From an uncultured Gammaproteobacteria bacterium (GTDB lineage Bacteria > Patescibacteriota > Microgenomatia > Daviesbacterales > UBA10151), in assembly GCA_964360965.1 (NCBI GenBank), contig CAYHYM010000003.1:29-64028 (forward strand): a stretch of 64,000 nucleotides of DNA, given 5' to 3'. The notes below the pieces were generated by a model. The model was not told the origin of the DNA and did not search any database. It saw nothing but the letters and a program-made list of their open reading frames with translations. Of this stretch, positions 35,908 through 45,474 are shown piece after piece (positions within the stretch are counted from its first letter, which is position 1; each line of letters opens with the position of its first letter). Made by a program: the position numbers and the translations under genes.

Positions 35908-36805
35908 AATTATTAAATACCCATTCAATAATCTGTTTAGTTTCCTCAAATCTATCATCTGATCCCAAAAGCACTATTAAAACTTGATGTCCCTCTCGCT
36001 CCACCAGGGTAACTAAATTCTCTTTTGACTGCGGTGTTGTCCCTGTCTTCACTCCCAAAACTCCTATCACTTCAGATAAAAGTTTATTTAAATTTTGTAA
36101 TTTATGTTGATATTTTTTATCCAAAGATAAAACTTCTGTTTCTTTGGTGGCAAAAATTCTTTTCAGCTGAGAATCTTTTAAAGCCTCCTGAGTAATTTTG
36201 GCAATATCTTCCGCGGTTGAAAAATGATCTGCAGAATCAAAACCTGCCGGATTATCAAAATGGCTATTTTTAAGGGATAAACTAACCGCTTTTTCATTCA
36301 TTTTATTTATAAATTCTTTTTCTCCTCCGGCATAATTTTGGGCAATGGTATAGGCAGCATCATTGCCGGAAGGCAGCAACATTCCGAAAAGTAACGCCCG
36401 AAAAGTTAATGATTCCCCTTTTACCAAACCTATCCTTGTTCCGGATATTTGAGTTCCTTGATATATCAGCACCGAGTTGGGTCTAAAATATTCTACTCCC
36501 ACCAGCGCTGTCATAATTTTGGTAAGAGAACCAACAGCTAATTTTAAATTTGCATCTTTTTGATAAAGTACCTCATCTGTTGCCAAGTCTTTAATTAGCA
36601 TCGCCCGGGCAAAAATATAAGGAGGAGGAATATTTAAACTTACGGGAGGAAGATTGTATTTTTGCACTCCTGCAATTTGGGCATTATTTTGAGGAATTTG
36701 TAAAGATAAAAGTATATCCTCTGTTGAGTCTATTAGTATTGGAATGCTATTTACCACAATGATTGCACATATAATAAACACTACGGAATACAGATAATGC
36801 TTCAT
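35888..36805 (-). CDS. D-alanyl-D-alanine carboxypeptidase (S11), second paralog
   Basis: 305 aa. SxxK (GSLTKIMTA), SxN (LPSGNDAA), KTG (KTGTT). Confidence 0.8.
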   Translation of the reverse strand: MKHYLYSVVFIICAIIVVNSIPILIDSTEDILLSLQIPQNNAQIAGVQKYNLPPVSLNIPPPYIFARAMLIKDLATDEVLYQKDANLKLAVGSLTKIMTALVGVEYFRPNSVLIYQGTQISGTRIGLVKGESLTFRALLFGMLLPSGNDAAYTIAQNYAGGEKEFINKMNEKAVSLSLKNSHFDNPAGFDSADHFSTAEDIAKITQEALKDSQLKRIFATKETEVLSLDKKYQHKLQNLNKLLSEVIGVLGVKTGTTPQSKENLVTLVEREGHQVLIVLLGSDDRFEETKQIIEWVFNNFIWPAQ

Positions 36806-38160
36806 TTAGTTAATCTAACATCCACTCTTTCCATATCTCTGGGAAAAAGCGAAGCTTGCCTGATATTAGAAAGGTTTAAGACGTGCATGGTAATTCTTTC
36901 TAAGCCGAAAGAGAAACCTCCTTCTGACGGCATGCCAAATTTAAAAGCCATCAAATACATCTCAAAATCTTTAGGATCCATCCCATGTGCTTTAATTGAT
37001 TCCACTAATTGTTTATAGTCATTAATTCTTTGAGAACCACTCATTATTTCAACCCCTCTAAATAGAAGGTCATAGCTTAAGGAATAATCCGGATCTTTTG
37101 GATCAGGTTTGGTATAAAAAGGTTTTGATTGGGTTGGAAAATGAGTAATGGTCACAAAATCGCAGTGATGTTTTTCTTTTGCCCATTTGCAGATATCGAT
37201 CTCATCCTGCGGAGTTAAATCTTTTTCTTTCCTGTTATCCCTTCCAAACTCTTTTAATATAACTTCCTGGGCTTCCCTAAGTGTCAATCTCGGAATATCT
37301 CCGAAAGCTATCTGTTCCATTCCAAGTTCTTTTAAAATATCACCACATCCATTTTCAGTTTGCTTTAATGTCTCCACTGCAACTTTTTCTAAAAGATCCA
37401 AAAGATCTTCAAACTCCACAAAACCTATCTCACAATCCATTTGAGTAATTTCCGATAAATGTCTTGTTGTCACAGAAGGTTCTGCTCTATATGCTTTTGT
37501 GATTGTAAAAACTCTTTCAAGGGATGGAACCAACATTTGTTTGTAAAGTTGCGGGCTTTGGGTCAAAAAGGCTTTATGACCATAATAGTCAACTTTAAAC
37601 ACTTGTGCTCCTCCTTCTGTAGATGAGGCGACAATGGTTGGAACAACAATCTCAGTGCAACCAATTTCTTTTGCAGCCTTTCTGAATCCTTCCAAAATAC
37701 TCGCTTGAACTCTAAATATTGCTTTAACTTTTGGATGGCGCAAAGTGAGAGAGCGAAAATCCAAAAGGGTTGGTAGTTGTAAATCCAAATCTTTTCCTCC
37801 CATATCAAACGGTAGCTCTTCTGCTTTTGACAAGATTTCCATGGAATCTGCAGATATTTCTATTTCACCTGTGGGAATATTTTCATTGACCAGATTTTCT
37901 GGCCGCTTGTTAACTTTTCCAGTTATACAAACTACATCTTGGGAGTGTAGGCTACCCACCTCGAAGGTGGGCTCTGACTCCTTCGAGGTAGATTTTGTCT
38001 GTTGTGATACTACCACTTGTATTAATCCACTTCTATCTAAGATATCCAAAAATAAAATCTTGCCATGGTCACGGCGGGTTTGCACCCACCCACAAACCTC
38101 AACAGATTCCCCAACTTTTTTACTACAATCTAGAATGAGAGTACGTTCCATAAATGTCAT
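36802..38160 (-). CDS. aspS: Aspartyl-tRNA synthetase, archaeal/eukaryotic type (class IIb)
   Basis: 452 aa. N-terminal OB fold, class II motifs, motif 3 GGFSFGLERITMHVL. Carries a Family-A in-frame module at 37955..37989. Confidence 0.85.
   Translation of the reverse strand: MTFMERTLILDCSKKVGESVEVCGWVQTRRDHGKILFLDILDRSGLIQVVVSQQTKSTSKESEPTFEVGSLHSQDVVCITGKVNKRPENLVNENIPTGEIEISADSMEILSKAEELPFDMGGKDLDLQLPTLLDFRSLTLRHPKVKAIFRVQASILEGFRKAAKEIGCTEIVVPTIVASSTEGGAQVFKVDYYGHKAFLTQSPQLYKQMLVPSLERVFTITKAYRAEPSVTTRHLSEITQMDCEIGFVEFEDLLDLLEKVAVETLKQTENGCGDILKELGMEQIAFGDIPRLTLREAQEVILKEFGRDNRKEKDLTPQDEIDICKWAKEKHHCDFVTITHFPTQSKPFYTKPDPKDPDYSLSYDLLFRGVEIMSGSQRINDYKQLVESIKAHGMDPKDFEMYLMAFKFGMPSEGGFSFGLERITMHVLNLSNIRQASLFPRDMERVDVRLTK
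37955..37989. repeat. Family-A palindromic module in-frame in the aspS anticodon-binding domain
   Basis: CCCACCT-CGA-AGGTGGG plus outer arms ACCTCGAAGG/CCTTCGAGGT. Encodes STSKESEPTFEVGS. Confidence 0.6.
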
Positions 38161-38182
38161 TCTGGCTTAATCCAGAATCTGA
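38156..38182. repeat. Hairpin GTCATTCTGG-CTTAAT-CCAGAATCTGA overlapping the aspS start codon
   Basis: Same GTCATTC...GAATC architecture as the GIY-YIG cassette ends. A similar string GTCATTCTGAGCGCAGCGAAGAATCT lies at 13869..13894. Confidence 0.4.
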
Positions 38183-38206
38183 TAGCATCATAACAACAGA
38201 GGTTGA

Positions 38207-38238
38207 CTCTTGACAAGATGGCAAGCCAATGCTAATAT
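38207..38238 (+). promoter_or_regulatory. Sigma70-like promoter TTGACA-17-TAATAT
   Basis: TTGACA 38208..38213, spacer 17 nt, TAATAT 38231..38236. Predicted TSS ~38244, only ~5 nt before the ATG of the small peptide ORF. Confidence 0.5.
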
Positions 38239-38248
38239 ACTACAAGAT

Positions 38249-38377
38249 ATGTCAAAAGTTGAAGTTATAGATTTGAAAAGATTTGTCCTGCCGCAGGCAG
38301 TTTCTTTTGAAACAATTTTGCTTGGCCTCCTTTTGGTGCTCATTATGGGCGCCTTTTTGGGAGGTCTTTTTAGGTAA
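38249..38377 (+). CDS. 42-aa single-TM peptide (leaderless or short-leader)
   Basis: MSKVEVIDLKRFVLPQAVSFETILLGLLLVLIMGAFLGGLFR. No SD; it sits immediately after the promoter. Not in the ORF track. Confidence 0.4.
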   Translation: MSKVEVIDLKRFVLPQAVSFETILLGLLLVLIMGAFLGGLFR

Positions 38378-38403
38378 ATAACACCTAAAAAAGATTGAAA
38401 TTA

Positions 38404-38429
38404 GACCTCCCAAATGGGAGGTTTTTTTA
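38404..38429 (+). terminator. Intrinsic terminator (ACCTCCC-AAAT-GGGAGGT then T7)
   Basis: 7-bp GC-rich stem, 4-nt loop, seven consecutive T. It lies between the small peptide ORF and the SD of the next ORF, an attenuator-like arrangement. Confidence 0.6.
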
Positions 38430-38451
38430 TGGATGAAAGGAGGTGGACATT

Positions 38452-38706
38452 ATGAATGAACGTGATATAGCTGAAGGACAAGCAACTCGTGAATGGTATT
38501 TTAACAGATTTGGAGTTGATGAAACACAACCAGCTCAATCAACTAAGACTAGTATACCGCCAACTACAGGAACGGTAAAGGCAGAACCAGATGAAATGCC
38601 TAAGCCAGAAAAGCCTAGGGTGGAAACTGTATATCGAGGAGATCAACCGGTTACAGTATTTAATCCAGGTATAGATTTTACAAAAGGCGGGAGTATACAT
38701 TTCTAA
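38452..38706 (+). CDS. Hypothetical 84-aa soluble protein
   Basis: ATG preceded by a strong SD AAGGAGGTG. MNERDIAEGQATREWYFNRFGVDETQPAQS..., Pro/Thr-rich middle. Confidence 0.5.
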   Translation: MNERDIAEGQATREWYFNRFGVDETQPAQSTKTSIPPTTGTVKAEPDEMPKPEKPRVETVYRGDQPVTVFNPGIDFTKGGSIHF

Positions 38707-38813
38707 TAAATAGCATTGTTGTAAAACTTTACAAGCTGTTATAGGAATTAGTCGCTTTATTTCAGATAAACTTCCAATAAATCATGAGGTTAAATGAAAA
38801 ATATAGTCACAGT

Positions 38814-40394
38814 TCAAACAATGCGAATATCTTTAACTTTAAGTTGTAATTTTTCATTACCATTGTAGCTATCTATTTCTGGTGTATAGGCTAAATCAAT
38901 GGACTGCCCATTAGTTAAGGTATTTGCCAGATCACCCATGCCAAAAGCTATGGCATCTAGACCATCTGCCTTAAATTTTAAATGCTTCCCTTCCCCCACA
39001 GTCCTAATATCTGAAATTTGAACAGCATCTGTGGTAAAAATGGGTCTGGGGTTACCAAAACCAAATGGCTCAAATTTTTTTAAATCATCCACCAAATCTT
39101 TGGTTAATTTATTAACCTTTATTTCCGCCTCAATTTCCAAAACCTGTTCCACTTCATCAGGTAAAGTTATCACCAGTTCCTCTAATCTTTTTTTGAACCC
39201 ATCAATATTTTTAGTTAAAATAGAAAATCCGGCAGCACGGGGATGTCCTCCCACATCTACTAAAATATCAGCATGTTTCCTGATCACCTCCACAATATTA
39301 ATCCCGTTAATTGATCTTGCAGATCCTTTGGATATCTCTTTCCCTAATGATATGGCAATGGTTGGACGATAATATTCTTGAGTAATCCTTCCGGCAATCA
39401 AACCAATAATGCCGGGCGACCAATCCTTACTGCTTAATACATGAATATTATTTTGGGTATCAATTAGTAATTTTGCTTGCTCTACAGCATCTATAGTCAT
39501 TTTTTGCCTCTCAGTGTTTGTCTTAGATAGTAGTTTTGCCAACCCCTTGGCTTTTGCTGGGTCTTTAGTGCATAAAAGTCTTAAAGAATCTATGGCATGC
39601 TCTAACCTTCCCATGGCATTTAATCTTGGACCCAAAATATGACCAATTTCATACGAAGAAATCTCATCTAAACTTATTCCAGATTCGTTAATAAGAGCAA
39701 GCAGTCCAATATTTGTGGTTCTTTGTAAAACCTTTAAACCTTCAGAAACAAAAGCTCTATTTAATCCAACCAGCGGCATTAAATCACAAACTGTTGCCAT
39801 TGCCACAAATTGTAATAATTCATGAGCCAATTCCTTTTTAATAACTTCTCTTACCAGACACCAGGCTACCGCTGCCCCACACATCTTGGTTGAATAAACA
39901 ATTGCATATGCATCAGGTTTCTTCTCCAAAGGGATATGATGATCTGTAATAATCAAATCAAGTCCTATTTCTTTGGCAAACTTTGCTTGAGGTATGGCAA
40001 CTATGCCGTTGTCTACAGTAATCACAACAGTTGCTCCAGAATCCCTAGCAAATTCCAAACCCAATTTTGATAACCCGTATCCTTCTTTTTCTCTATGAGG
40101 AATATAGGGTAAGGCTTTTGCCCCCATAGATGTCAGGGCTTTATAAAGTATTGCGCATCCACAGATCCCGTCCACATCATAATCTCCGTAAACTATTATT
40201 AATTCATTATTTTTTATAGCTTTATTAATTCTTGCCTGCGCTTTCCCAATACCTGAAATATTTAAATCTTTTTCATAGTCTGAAATTTTGGGGTTAAAAA
40301 ATTGTTCTTTTTCTTTAGGAGTTTTTATTCCACGGTTGATTAGCAACTGCTCAGTAATATCATCAGACCTTTTTGGTAATATCTTCCACTTCAT
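38814..40394 (-). CDS. recJ: Single-stranded-DNA-specific exonuclease RecJ
   Basis: 526 aa. DHH motifs IVYGDYDVDGICG and ITDHH, DHHA1 GGHPRAAGF. Confidence 0.9.
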   Translation of the reverse strand: MKWKILPKRSDDITEQLLINRGIKTPKEKEQFFNPKISDYEKDLNISGIGKAQARINKAIKNNELIIVYGDYDVDGICGCAILYKALTSMGAKALPYIPHREKEGYGLSKLGLEFARDSGATVVITVDNGIVAIPQAKFAKEIGLDLIITDHHIPLEKKPDAYAIVYSTKMCGAAVAWCLVREVIKKELAHELLQFVAMATVCDLMPLVGLNRAFVSEGLKVLQRTTNIGLLALINESGISLDEISSYEIGHILGPRLNAMGRLEHAIDSLRLLCTKDPAKAKGLAKLLSKTNTERQKMTIDAVEQAKLLIDTQNNIHVLSSKDWSPGIIGLIAGRITQEYYRPTIAISLGKEISKGSARSINGINIVEVIRKHADILVDVGGHPRAAGFSILTKNIDGFKKRLEELVITLPDEVEQVLEIEAEIKVNKLTKDLVDDLKKFEPFGFGNPRPIFTTDAVQISDIRTVGEGKHLKFKADGLDAIAFGMGDLANTLTNGQSIDLAYTPEIDSYNGNEKLQLKVKDIRIV

Positions 40395-40402
40395 TTGTAT
40401 TT

Positions 40403-40443
40403 CACCTCGCAGGTGAAGAAAATGCAGTTACACCTGCGAGGTG
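40403..40443. repeat. Family-B 41-bp hairpin module, intergenic copy (5' UTR of recJ, upstream of cca)
   Basis: CACCTCGCAGGTG-AAGAAAATGCAGTTA-CACCTGCGAGGTG. On the recJ mRNA the 3' arm GAGGTG lies 8 nt before the recJ ATG, so the SD is sequestered in the stem. Identical over 35 nt to 15983..16023. Confidence 0.7.
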
Positions 40444-40493
40444 TATTATATGGCAAATTGTACCATACTATGTCAGGGTGTAGAATTAAGCTT

Positions 40494-41906
40494 ATGAACT
40501 ACTCATTACCTAACGAGGTTAAAAATATTTTAGAAAAGTTTAAAAAAGCCAAATTTCAAATTTATATTGTGGGAGGAGCTGTCCGTGATCTTTTAATGGA
40601 AAAAGGGGTTAAAGATTGGGATTTCACCACTGATGCCAAACCGGAGGAGATTATAAAATTATTTCCGGAAGGTTTTTACGATAACAAATTTGGAACAGTA
40701 GGAATTCCTATAGAAGTGGGAAAAGACACTTTGGATGGTGGCAGGCTGAAGCGAAGCGTAATCCATGACTCCTCCGAGGTGGAAGTATATGAAATCACCA
40801 CCATGCGAAAGGAAGGAGTATACAAGGATTACAGACACCCAGACAAAGTGGCATGGACAGATAAAATTGAACAAGATCTAGGCAGACGTGACTTTACTGT
40901 TAATGCCATTGCCCTTTCCGTCATCCCGACAAATGTCGGGATCCAATTAACAGATCCATTTAATGGCCAGCAGGATATGAAGGATAAGATAATCAAAGCC
41001 GTGGGTGATCCTGGCAAAAGATTTCAAGAAGATGCTCTTCGTTTAATAAGAGCAATCAGAATTGCCACCCAGTTAGAATTTGACATAGATGAAAAAACTT
41101 ATTCTGCCATCAAAAAAAATGCTCATCTTTTAAAAGAAGTTTCCCGGGAAAGAATTCGTGATGAGCTCTTTAAAATACTTGCATCTGGCAATCCTCACTC
41201 CGGTATAGTGAAATTGAGAGAAACAGGCTTACTACAAATAATCTTACCCGAACTTGAAAGATGTTTTGGCATTGTCCAGGAAGGACCCAAACATGATAGA
41301 GTTTATGATATTGGAAACCATTCCCTGCTCACTCTTCAACATACACCGTCTACTGATCCGTTAACCAGATTTGCAGCACTTTTGCATGATATTGGCAAAC
41401 CGGACACTGTTAACACTGCTCAAGATGGCAATGTCACTTTTTACCATCATGATGTGATTGGTGGAAAATTGATTTTAAAAATTGGGAAAAAGTTTAATTT
41501 ATCGAAAAAGCAAAAAGATAAATTATACCGCTTAGTGAGATGGCACTTATTTACTGTTGATGAAAATCAAACAGACTCTGCCATCAGAAGATTTATAAAA
41601 AATGTGGGGTTAGATTATATAGAAGATATGATGGCATTACGTATTGGAGACAGATTGGGAGGAGGGACCCAAAAAGCTGTCTCTTGGAGAATGGAAAAAT
41701 TCGCTGATCGAATAAAACAAGTCCTTAAAAAACCATTCTCTATTTCTGATCTAAAAGTAAATGGCCATGATGTAATGGAAGTTTTAAAAATCAAACCAGG
41801 CCCCAAGGTTGGTGAAATCCTCCAAAAACTTTTTGAAGAAGTCCTAGAAGATTCATCTAAAAATAATCGGAATTATCTTATTGATAGAATGAAGGAACTT
41901 GGTTAG
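40494..41906 (+). CDS. cca: CCA-adding tRNA nucleotidyltransferase with HD domain
   Basis: Start at MNYSLPNEVKNILEKFKKAKFQIYIVGGAVRDLLM; the track ORF starts at 40395 inside the hairpin. PolyA_pol head GGAVRD, D..D, HD domain LLHDIGKP. Carries a Family-A/C composite in-frame module at 40748..40782 (GRLKRSVIHDSSEVEV). Confidence 0.85.
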   Translation: MNYSLPNEVKNILEKFKKAKFQIYIVGGAVRDLLMEKGVKDWDFTTDAKPEEIIKLFPEGFYDNKFGTVGIPIEVGKDTLDGGRLKRSVIHDSSEVEVYEITTMRKEGVYKDYRHPDKVAWTDKIEQDLGRRDFTVNAIALSVIPTNVGIQLTDPFNGQQDMKDKIIKAVGDPGKRFQEDALRLIRAIRIATQLEFDIDEKTYSAIKKNAHLLKEVSRERIRDELFKILASGNPHSGIVKLRETGLLQIILPELERCFGIVQEGPKHDRVYDIGNHSLLTLQHTPSTDPLTRFAALLHDIGKPDTVNTAQDGNVTFYHHDVIGGKLILKIGKKFNLSKKQKDKLYRLVRWHLFTVDENQTDSAIRRFIKNVGLDYIEDMMALRIGDRLGGGTQKAVSWRMEKFADRIKQVLKKPFSISDLKVNGHDVMEVLKIKPGPKVGEILQKLFEEVLEDSSKNNRNYLIDRMKELG

Positions 41907-43111
41907 GAAGTAGGCTTTAGAGTTTGTTTTGGTAAAATACGCCATCCTTTGGTGAAATCTTCAGGTTGCTGACTAACAACATTAATATTGAGCTGCAATT
42001 TACCTCTACCTGTGAGCACAGGCAAGCTTGTATATTCTATTAGTTTAGAAAAAACTTCTCCCTTTACAATGTTAGCTTTATCGGGATCTAAAAATTCATT
42101 ACTGTAAAGAGTCACATTTAGTACATTAGATAAATTATCTGGATCTTCAATTATTTGTGTCTCTAATTGAAATGGGATATCTAATTTCTCCCTTAAAAAA
42201 TCATAGAATCCAGAAATGGATAACTTCAACCCCGCAAAAATTAGCATACCATCTTCAGGATTTCTACCAATAGCGCTCAAATAAAGGTTTCCTTCATTAT
42301 CTATATTCAGCACACCTTGGTCTCCGGTAACATATCTCACAAGAATGCTCCCCTCATCTCTAAAAGTTGTAGAGATTATATTACCCCTTTGATCAAATAC
42401 TAATTGTCCTGTGCTATCCAATACTTCAATCAGTCGAGTATTAGCAACTCTATATTTAAAATCTTTCTCTGTATCTCCCTCTTTATATCTGTATGTCCCT
42501 ATGATACCGGTATCATTTTGCCCATAAGTGACAACAAAATCCGGCTCAACACCAACAACCTCTCTTAGCTGCGTAAACCATGTCTGAAGCTCTTGAAAAT
42601 TAACAGGTTCTGAACCAATCTCTATAAATAGCTGTTTCCCTTTGAGTTGTTTAATTATTGAAGGATCTTCTTCTAATAAATTCTTAATTTGATACATAAG
42701 CACTCTAAAGGGTGTTACTTCCGTTATAAGATAAATTGTATCTGCCTTCTTCGCATCTTCTAAAAATCCATTAGCATCATTATAAGATTCTAACCCTATG
42801 TCAGGTCGTATTGCTTGTAAGGATTCCTCGATAATTTTGTAATCTATTGACCAACTTCTGTGTAATAAAACAGGAGTTTTACTCTCCTGAATAGTTTTCA
42901 CAAAGGTCTCAGGAAATCGCACAATAAACTCACTTTTGGGAAAATAAAATTCTTTTGGCCTACCGGTTGTCCCAGTAGAAGAAACACGATACATCTCTTC
43001 AGCATTACCTCTCGTAAAACGCTTTGGATCTTGTCCTAACTCCTTAGATCTGACCAATGGAACTTTTAGAGAAAATTCTTTATAAGATATTCCTTGTGGA
43101 TCTAATCCCAA
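41903..43111 (-). CDS. Adenylate-forming enzyme of the PaaK/CapK/F390-synthetase family; start ambiguous
   Basis: 402 aa from a TTG codon. AMP-binding YRVSSTGTTGRPKEF. The frame stays open upstream to 43252 with no ATG. A separate ATG at 43289 (MPEEGTEVGSPLTTVERGMDT) is in another frame and overlaps, suggesting a frameshift or non-ATG start. Confidence 0.5.
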   Translation of the reverse strand: MGLDPQGISYKEFSLKVPLVRSKELGQDPKRFTRGNAEEMYRVSSTGTTGRPKEFYFPKSEFIVRFPETFVKTIQESKTPVLLHRSWSIDYKIIEESLQAIRPDIGLESYNDANGFLEDAKKADTIYLITEVTPFRVLMYQIKNLLEEDPSIIKQLKGKQLFIEIGSEPVNFQELQTWFTQLREVVGVEPDFVVTYGQNDTGIIGTYRYKEGDTEKDFKYRVANTRLIEVLDSTGQLVFDQRGNIISTTFRDEGSILVRYVTGDQGVLNIDNEGNLYLSAIGRNPEDGMLIFAGLKLSISGFYDFLREKLDIPFQLETQIIEDPDNLSNVLNVTLYSNEFLDPDKANIVKGEVFSKLIEYTSLPVLTGRGKLQLNINVVSQQPEDFTKGWRILPKQTLKPTS

Positions 43112-43373
43112 TGGTTCTATTACTTCTTGACCATAAGGTGTTTCATAAACAGCTTCAAACGTTTTTACTAATTGAGGTCTTTTACCCTCAAAATAGCGCT
43201 CATATAGGTCTGCTTCACCTCTCTCAGGTGTCCATCCCTCTCTCCACAGTAGTTAATGGCGATCCAACTTCTGTACCCTCTTCTGGCATAACAAAGTTAG
43301 TATATCAGGATAAGAAATTATTTATCAAATTGATATCAGGTTAAGTTATTAGTTATGGTAAAATTTTAGAAAG

Positions 43374-44258
43374 TTAATGGCCTAATTTTTCTTCCCACCA
43401 AACAAGTAAGGCTGTGGCATTAAAGATTGAGGAATAAGTCCCAGAAACAATTCCCACCAGAAGTGCCACCACAAACCATTTGATGGTTTCCCCACCAAAT
43501 AAAAGTAAGGCTACCAGTACAAATACCACTGTCAAAGAGGTATTTAAAGACCTTCCTAAAGTCTGGATTACAGATATATTGGCCACCTCTATAAATTTTT
43601 TGCCAATATTTTTTAAAAGGTTTTCTCTAATTCTATCAAACACCACAATGGTATCGTGTACTGAAAAGCCAATTACTGTTAAAAGAGCTGTCACAAATAA
43701 TATATCAACTTCCACTCCCAGAAATTTTCCTAAAATGGCAAACACTCCCACTACCAATAAGACATCATGCGCTAAAGCCACAATGGCTGCAATACCAAAT
43801 CTTAAAGAAGATGCAGGTTTGGGAACTTTTCTAAAAGAAAAGGCAATATATAAAACTATGGCAATACTTGCCAAAATTATAGCCATTAATGCTTTTTGTC
43901 CAAGTTCTCTCCCTATTACCGGGCCAACATTTTCCACTCTTCTTTCTTCCAAGGATCCAAATTTTTTCTCCAGCACAACTCTCAAGGAGTTTATTTTTCC
44001 CTGTTCTGCCGGTTTAGTCCTGATAATTAAGCTTCCGTTTCCTCCTTCCTGTATTTGTCTTACCTCTAAACCTTCTTGCAAAATAGTTTTTGTTAAAATC
44101 TCATTTTTAATTTGTTTTTCAAATTTGTACTCAAGCAAAGCTCCTCCTGTAAAGTCAATTCCTAAGTTCAACCCTGAAGTTAGTAAAAAATAAATCCCAG
44201 GTAAAATTAGAATTAAAGAAAATATAAAATAAAATATTTTGTAACGCATTAAATCCAT
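43374..44258 (-). CDS. secF: Protein-export membrane protein SecF
   Basis: 294 aa. N-terminal MDLMRYKIFYFIFSLILILPGIYFLLTSGLNLGIDFTGG and 6 TM. Confidence 0.9.
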   Translation of the reverse strand: MDLMRYKIFYFIFSLILILPGIYFLLTSGLNLGIDFTGGALLEYKFEKQIKNEILTKTILQEGLEVRQIQEGGNGSLIIRTKPAEQGKINSLRVVLEKKFGSLEERRVENVGPVIGRELGQKALMAIILASIAIVLYIAFSFRKVPKPASSLRFGIAAIVALAHDVLLVVGVFAILGKFLGVEVDILFVTALLTVIGFSVHDTIVVFDRIRENLLKNIGKKFIEVANISVIQTLGRSLNTSLTVVFVLVALLLFGGETIKWFVVALLVGIVSGTYSSIFNATALLVWWEEKLGH

Positions 44259-44260
44259 AC

Positions 44261-44590
44261 CTATTTGACCTTTTTTACCTCCTTTAAATCCTTATACATT
44301 TGAGTCACCAGTTCATCTGCCACTTTTTTAATTCTTTCTTCCACATTCTCTATTTTCTCTTTTAAAAACTTAAGTAATTTTTCATCTTCAGGATTTTCAT
44401 GCAATAATTTTAAAAATAATTTTTTATCTTGCGTCTTTAAATTAGATAAAATTTCATCCAAAATGGCATGATATATTGATGAATCCAAAAGATTTGTCAA
44501 ATGGTGTTTTTCTTCATCTGATAAATCCAGAAGGTGGAGTTCTGCCAAGATTGGATCAATGACAATAATTTTTTGATAAAAATAAATCAT
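44261..44590 (-). CDS. Hypothetical coiled-coil protein between secD and secF
   Basis: 109 aa, Lys/Glu-rich, no family assignment. Confidence 0.4.
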   Translation of the reverse strand: MIYFYQKIIVIDPILAELHLLDLSDEEKHHLTNLLDSSIYHAILDEILSNLKTQDKKLFLKLLHENPEDEKLLKFLKEKIENVEERIKKVADELVTQMYKDLKEVKKVK

Positions 44591-45474
44591 ATTATCTTGG
44601 GTCCCAAAGGAACTTGATCCTGCGGGTCATCAATAAAAAAATAAAATACCGGACCTTGTCTCGGACCGGATGCCAATCCTAAATAATGCATCACCTCGGG
44701 TGATCCGCCTAAGTGTTTGCCGGTCCACTCGGCAGGTCCGGCATCCCCCACCACCGCCACCACAGCCTGTCCTGTTTTGGCATTTACCACCAGCATTTTT
44801 CTAAATTTAAAAAAATCTCTATATTTGTCAACATTCTCGGCAAAACCCGGAGCAAGGAAGGTTTGAACTGCCAAATAATATTTTTCCCTCATTTTGTCTT
44901 TTTCGGAAAATTCTGATTCTGTCGGGGTAAAATATCCCCAGGCTCCCAGAGCGGGCGCAATGCCGGATGATCCATACATGGCCCATTCAGTAAAATTTTG
45001 CGCATGTTTGTATAAATTATCACCGGGAAAACGATAAAGATGCTGCTCTCCTCCAATAATACCATAACTTCTGTTAAGCCTTATTCCCTCCAAAAAGGCA
45101 CTCACTCTCAAGTTAAAATTTTTTGAAAGAATATCCTCCACTTCTTTTTCCTCATCATTTGTTAAAGATTTAGCATCTTTGGGGATTCCAAAAAGTTGCC
45201 GGGCAACTTTTTGGTTTTCATCAATTTGTGCTGTAATGTGCTGGTTGGGTAAAAGTAAAGGAGGCTGGGATAAATAACCTACCGGTTGAGCAAGAAGCAT
45301 CAAAGACCCCAGTGATGAAACTGCCAGCTGTCTTACGGGGATGCTTTTAGTTAACCAGTCAAGAGAACTTTTGTGTTTTTCCCAAACTTTATTTTGGATA
45401 GCCCGATGACGACCGGTCCATCTTTTCTTTAAATATTCATAATGTGGCCTTTTAGATATAAATTTCCTTGTCAT
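44587..45474 (-). CDS. Exported RlpA-like double-psi beta-barrel (DPBB/3D-like) domain protein, putative peptidoglycan-binding/lytic
   Basis: 295 aa, N-terminal signal anchor. C-terminal MLVVNAKTGQAVVAVVGDAGPAEW...GLASGPRQGPVFYFF resembles the RlpA DPBB core (V.V.D.GP...). Confidence 0.4.
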   Translation of the reverse strand: MTRKFISKRPHYEYLKKRWTGRHRAIQNKVWEKHKSSLDWLTKSIPVRQLAVSSLGSLMLLAQPVGYLSQPPLLLPNQHITAQIDENQKVARQLFGIPKDAKSLTNDEEKEVEDILSKNFNLRVSAFLEGIRLNRSYGIIGGEQHLYRFPGDNLYKHAQNFTEWAMYGSSGIAPALGAWGYFTPTESEFSEKDKMREKYYLAVQTFLAPGFAENVDKYRDFFKFRKMLVVNAKTGQAVVAVVGDAGPAEWTGKHLGGSPEVMHYLGLASGPRQGPVFYFFIDDPQDQVPLGPKII

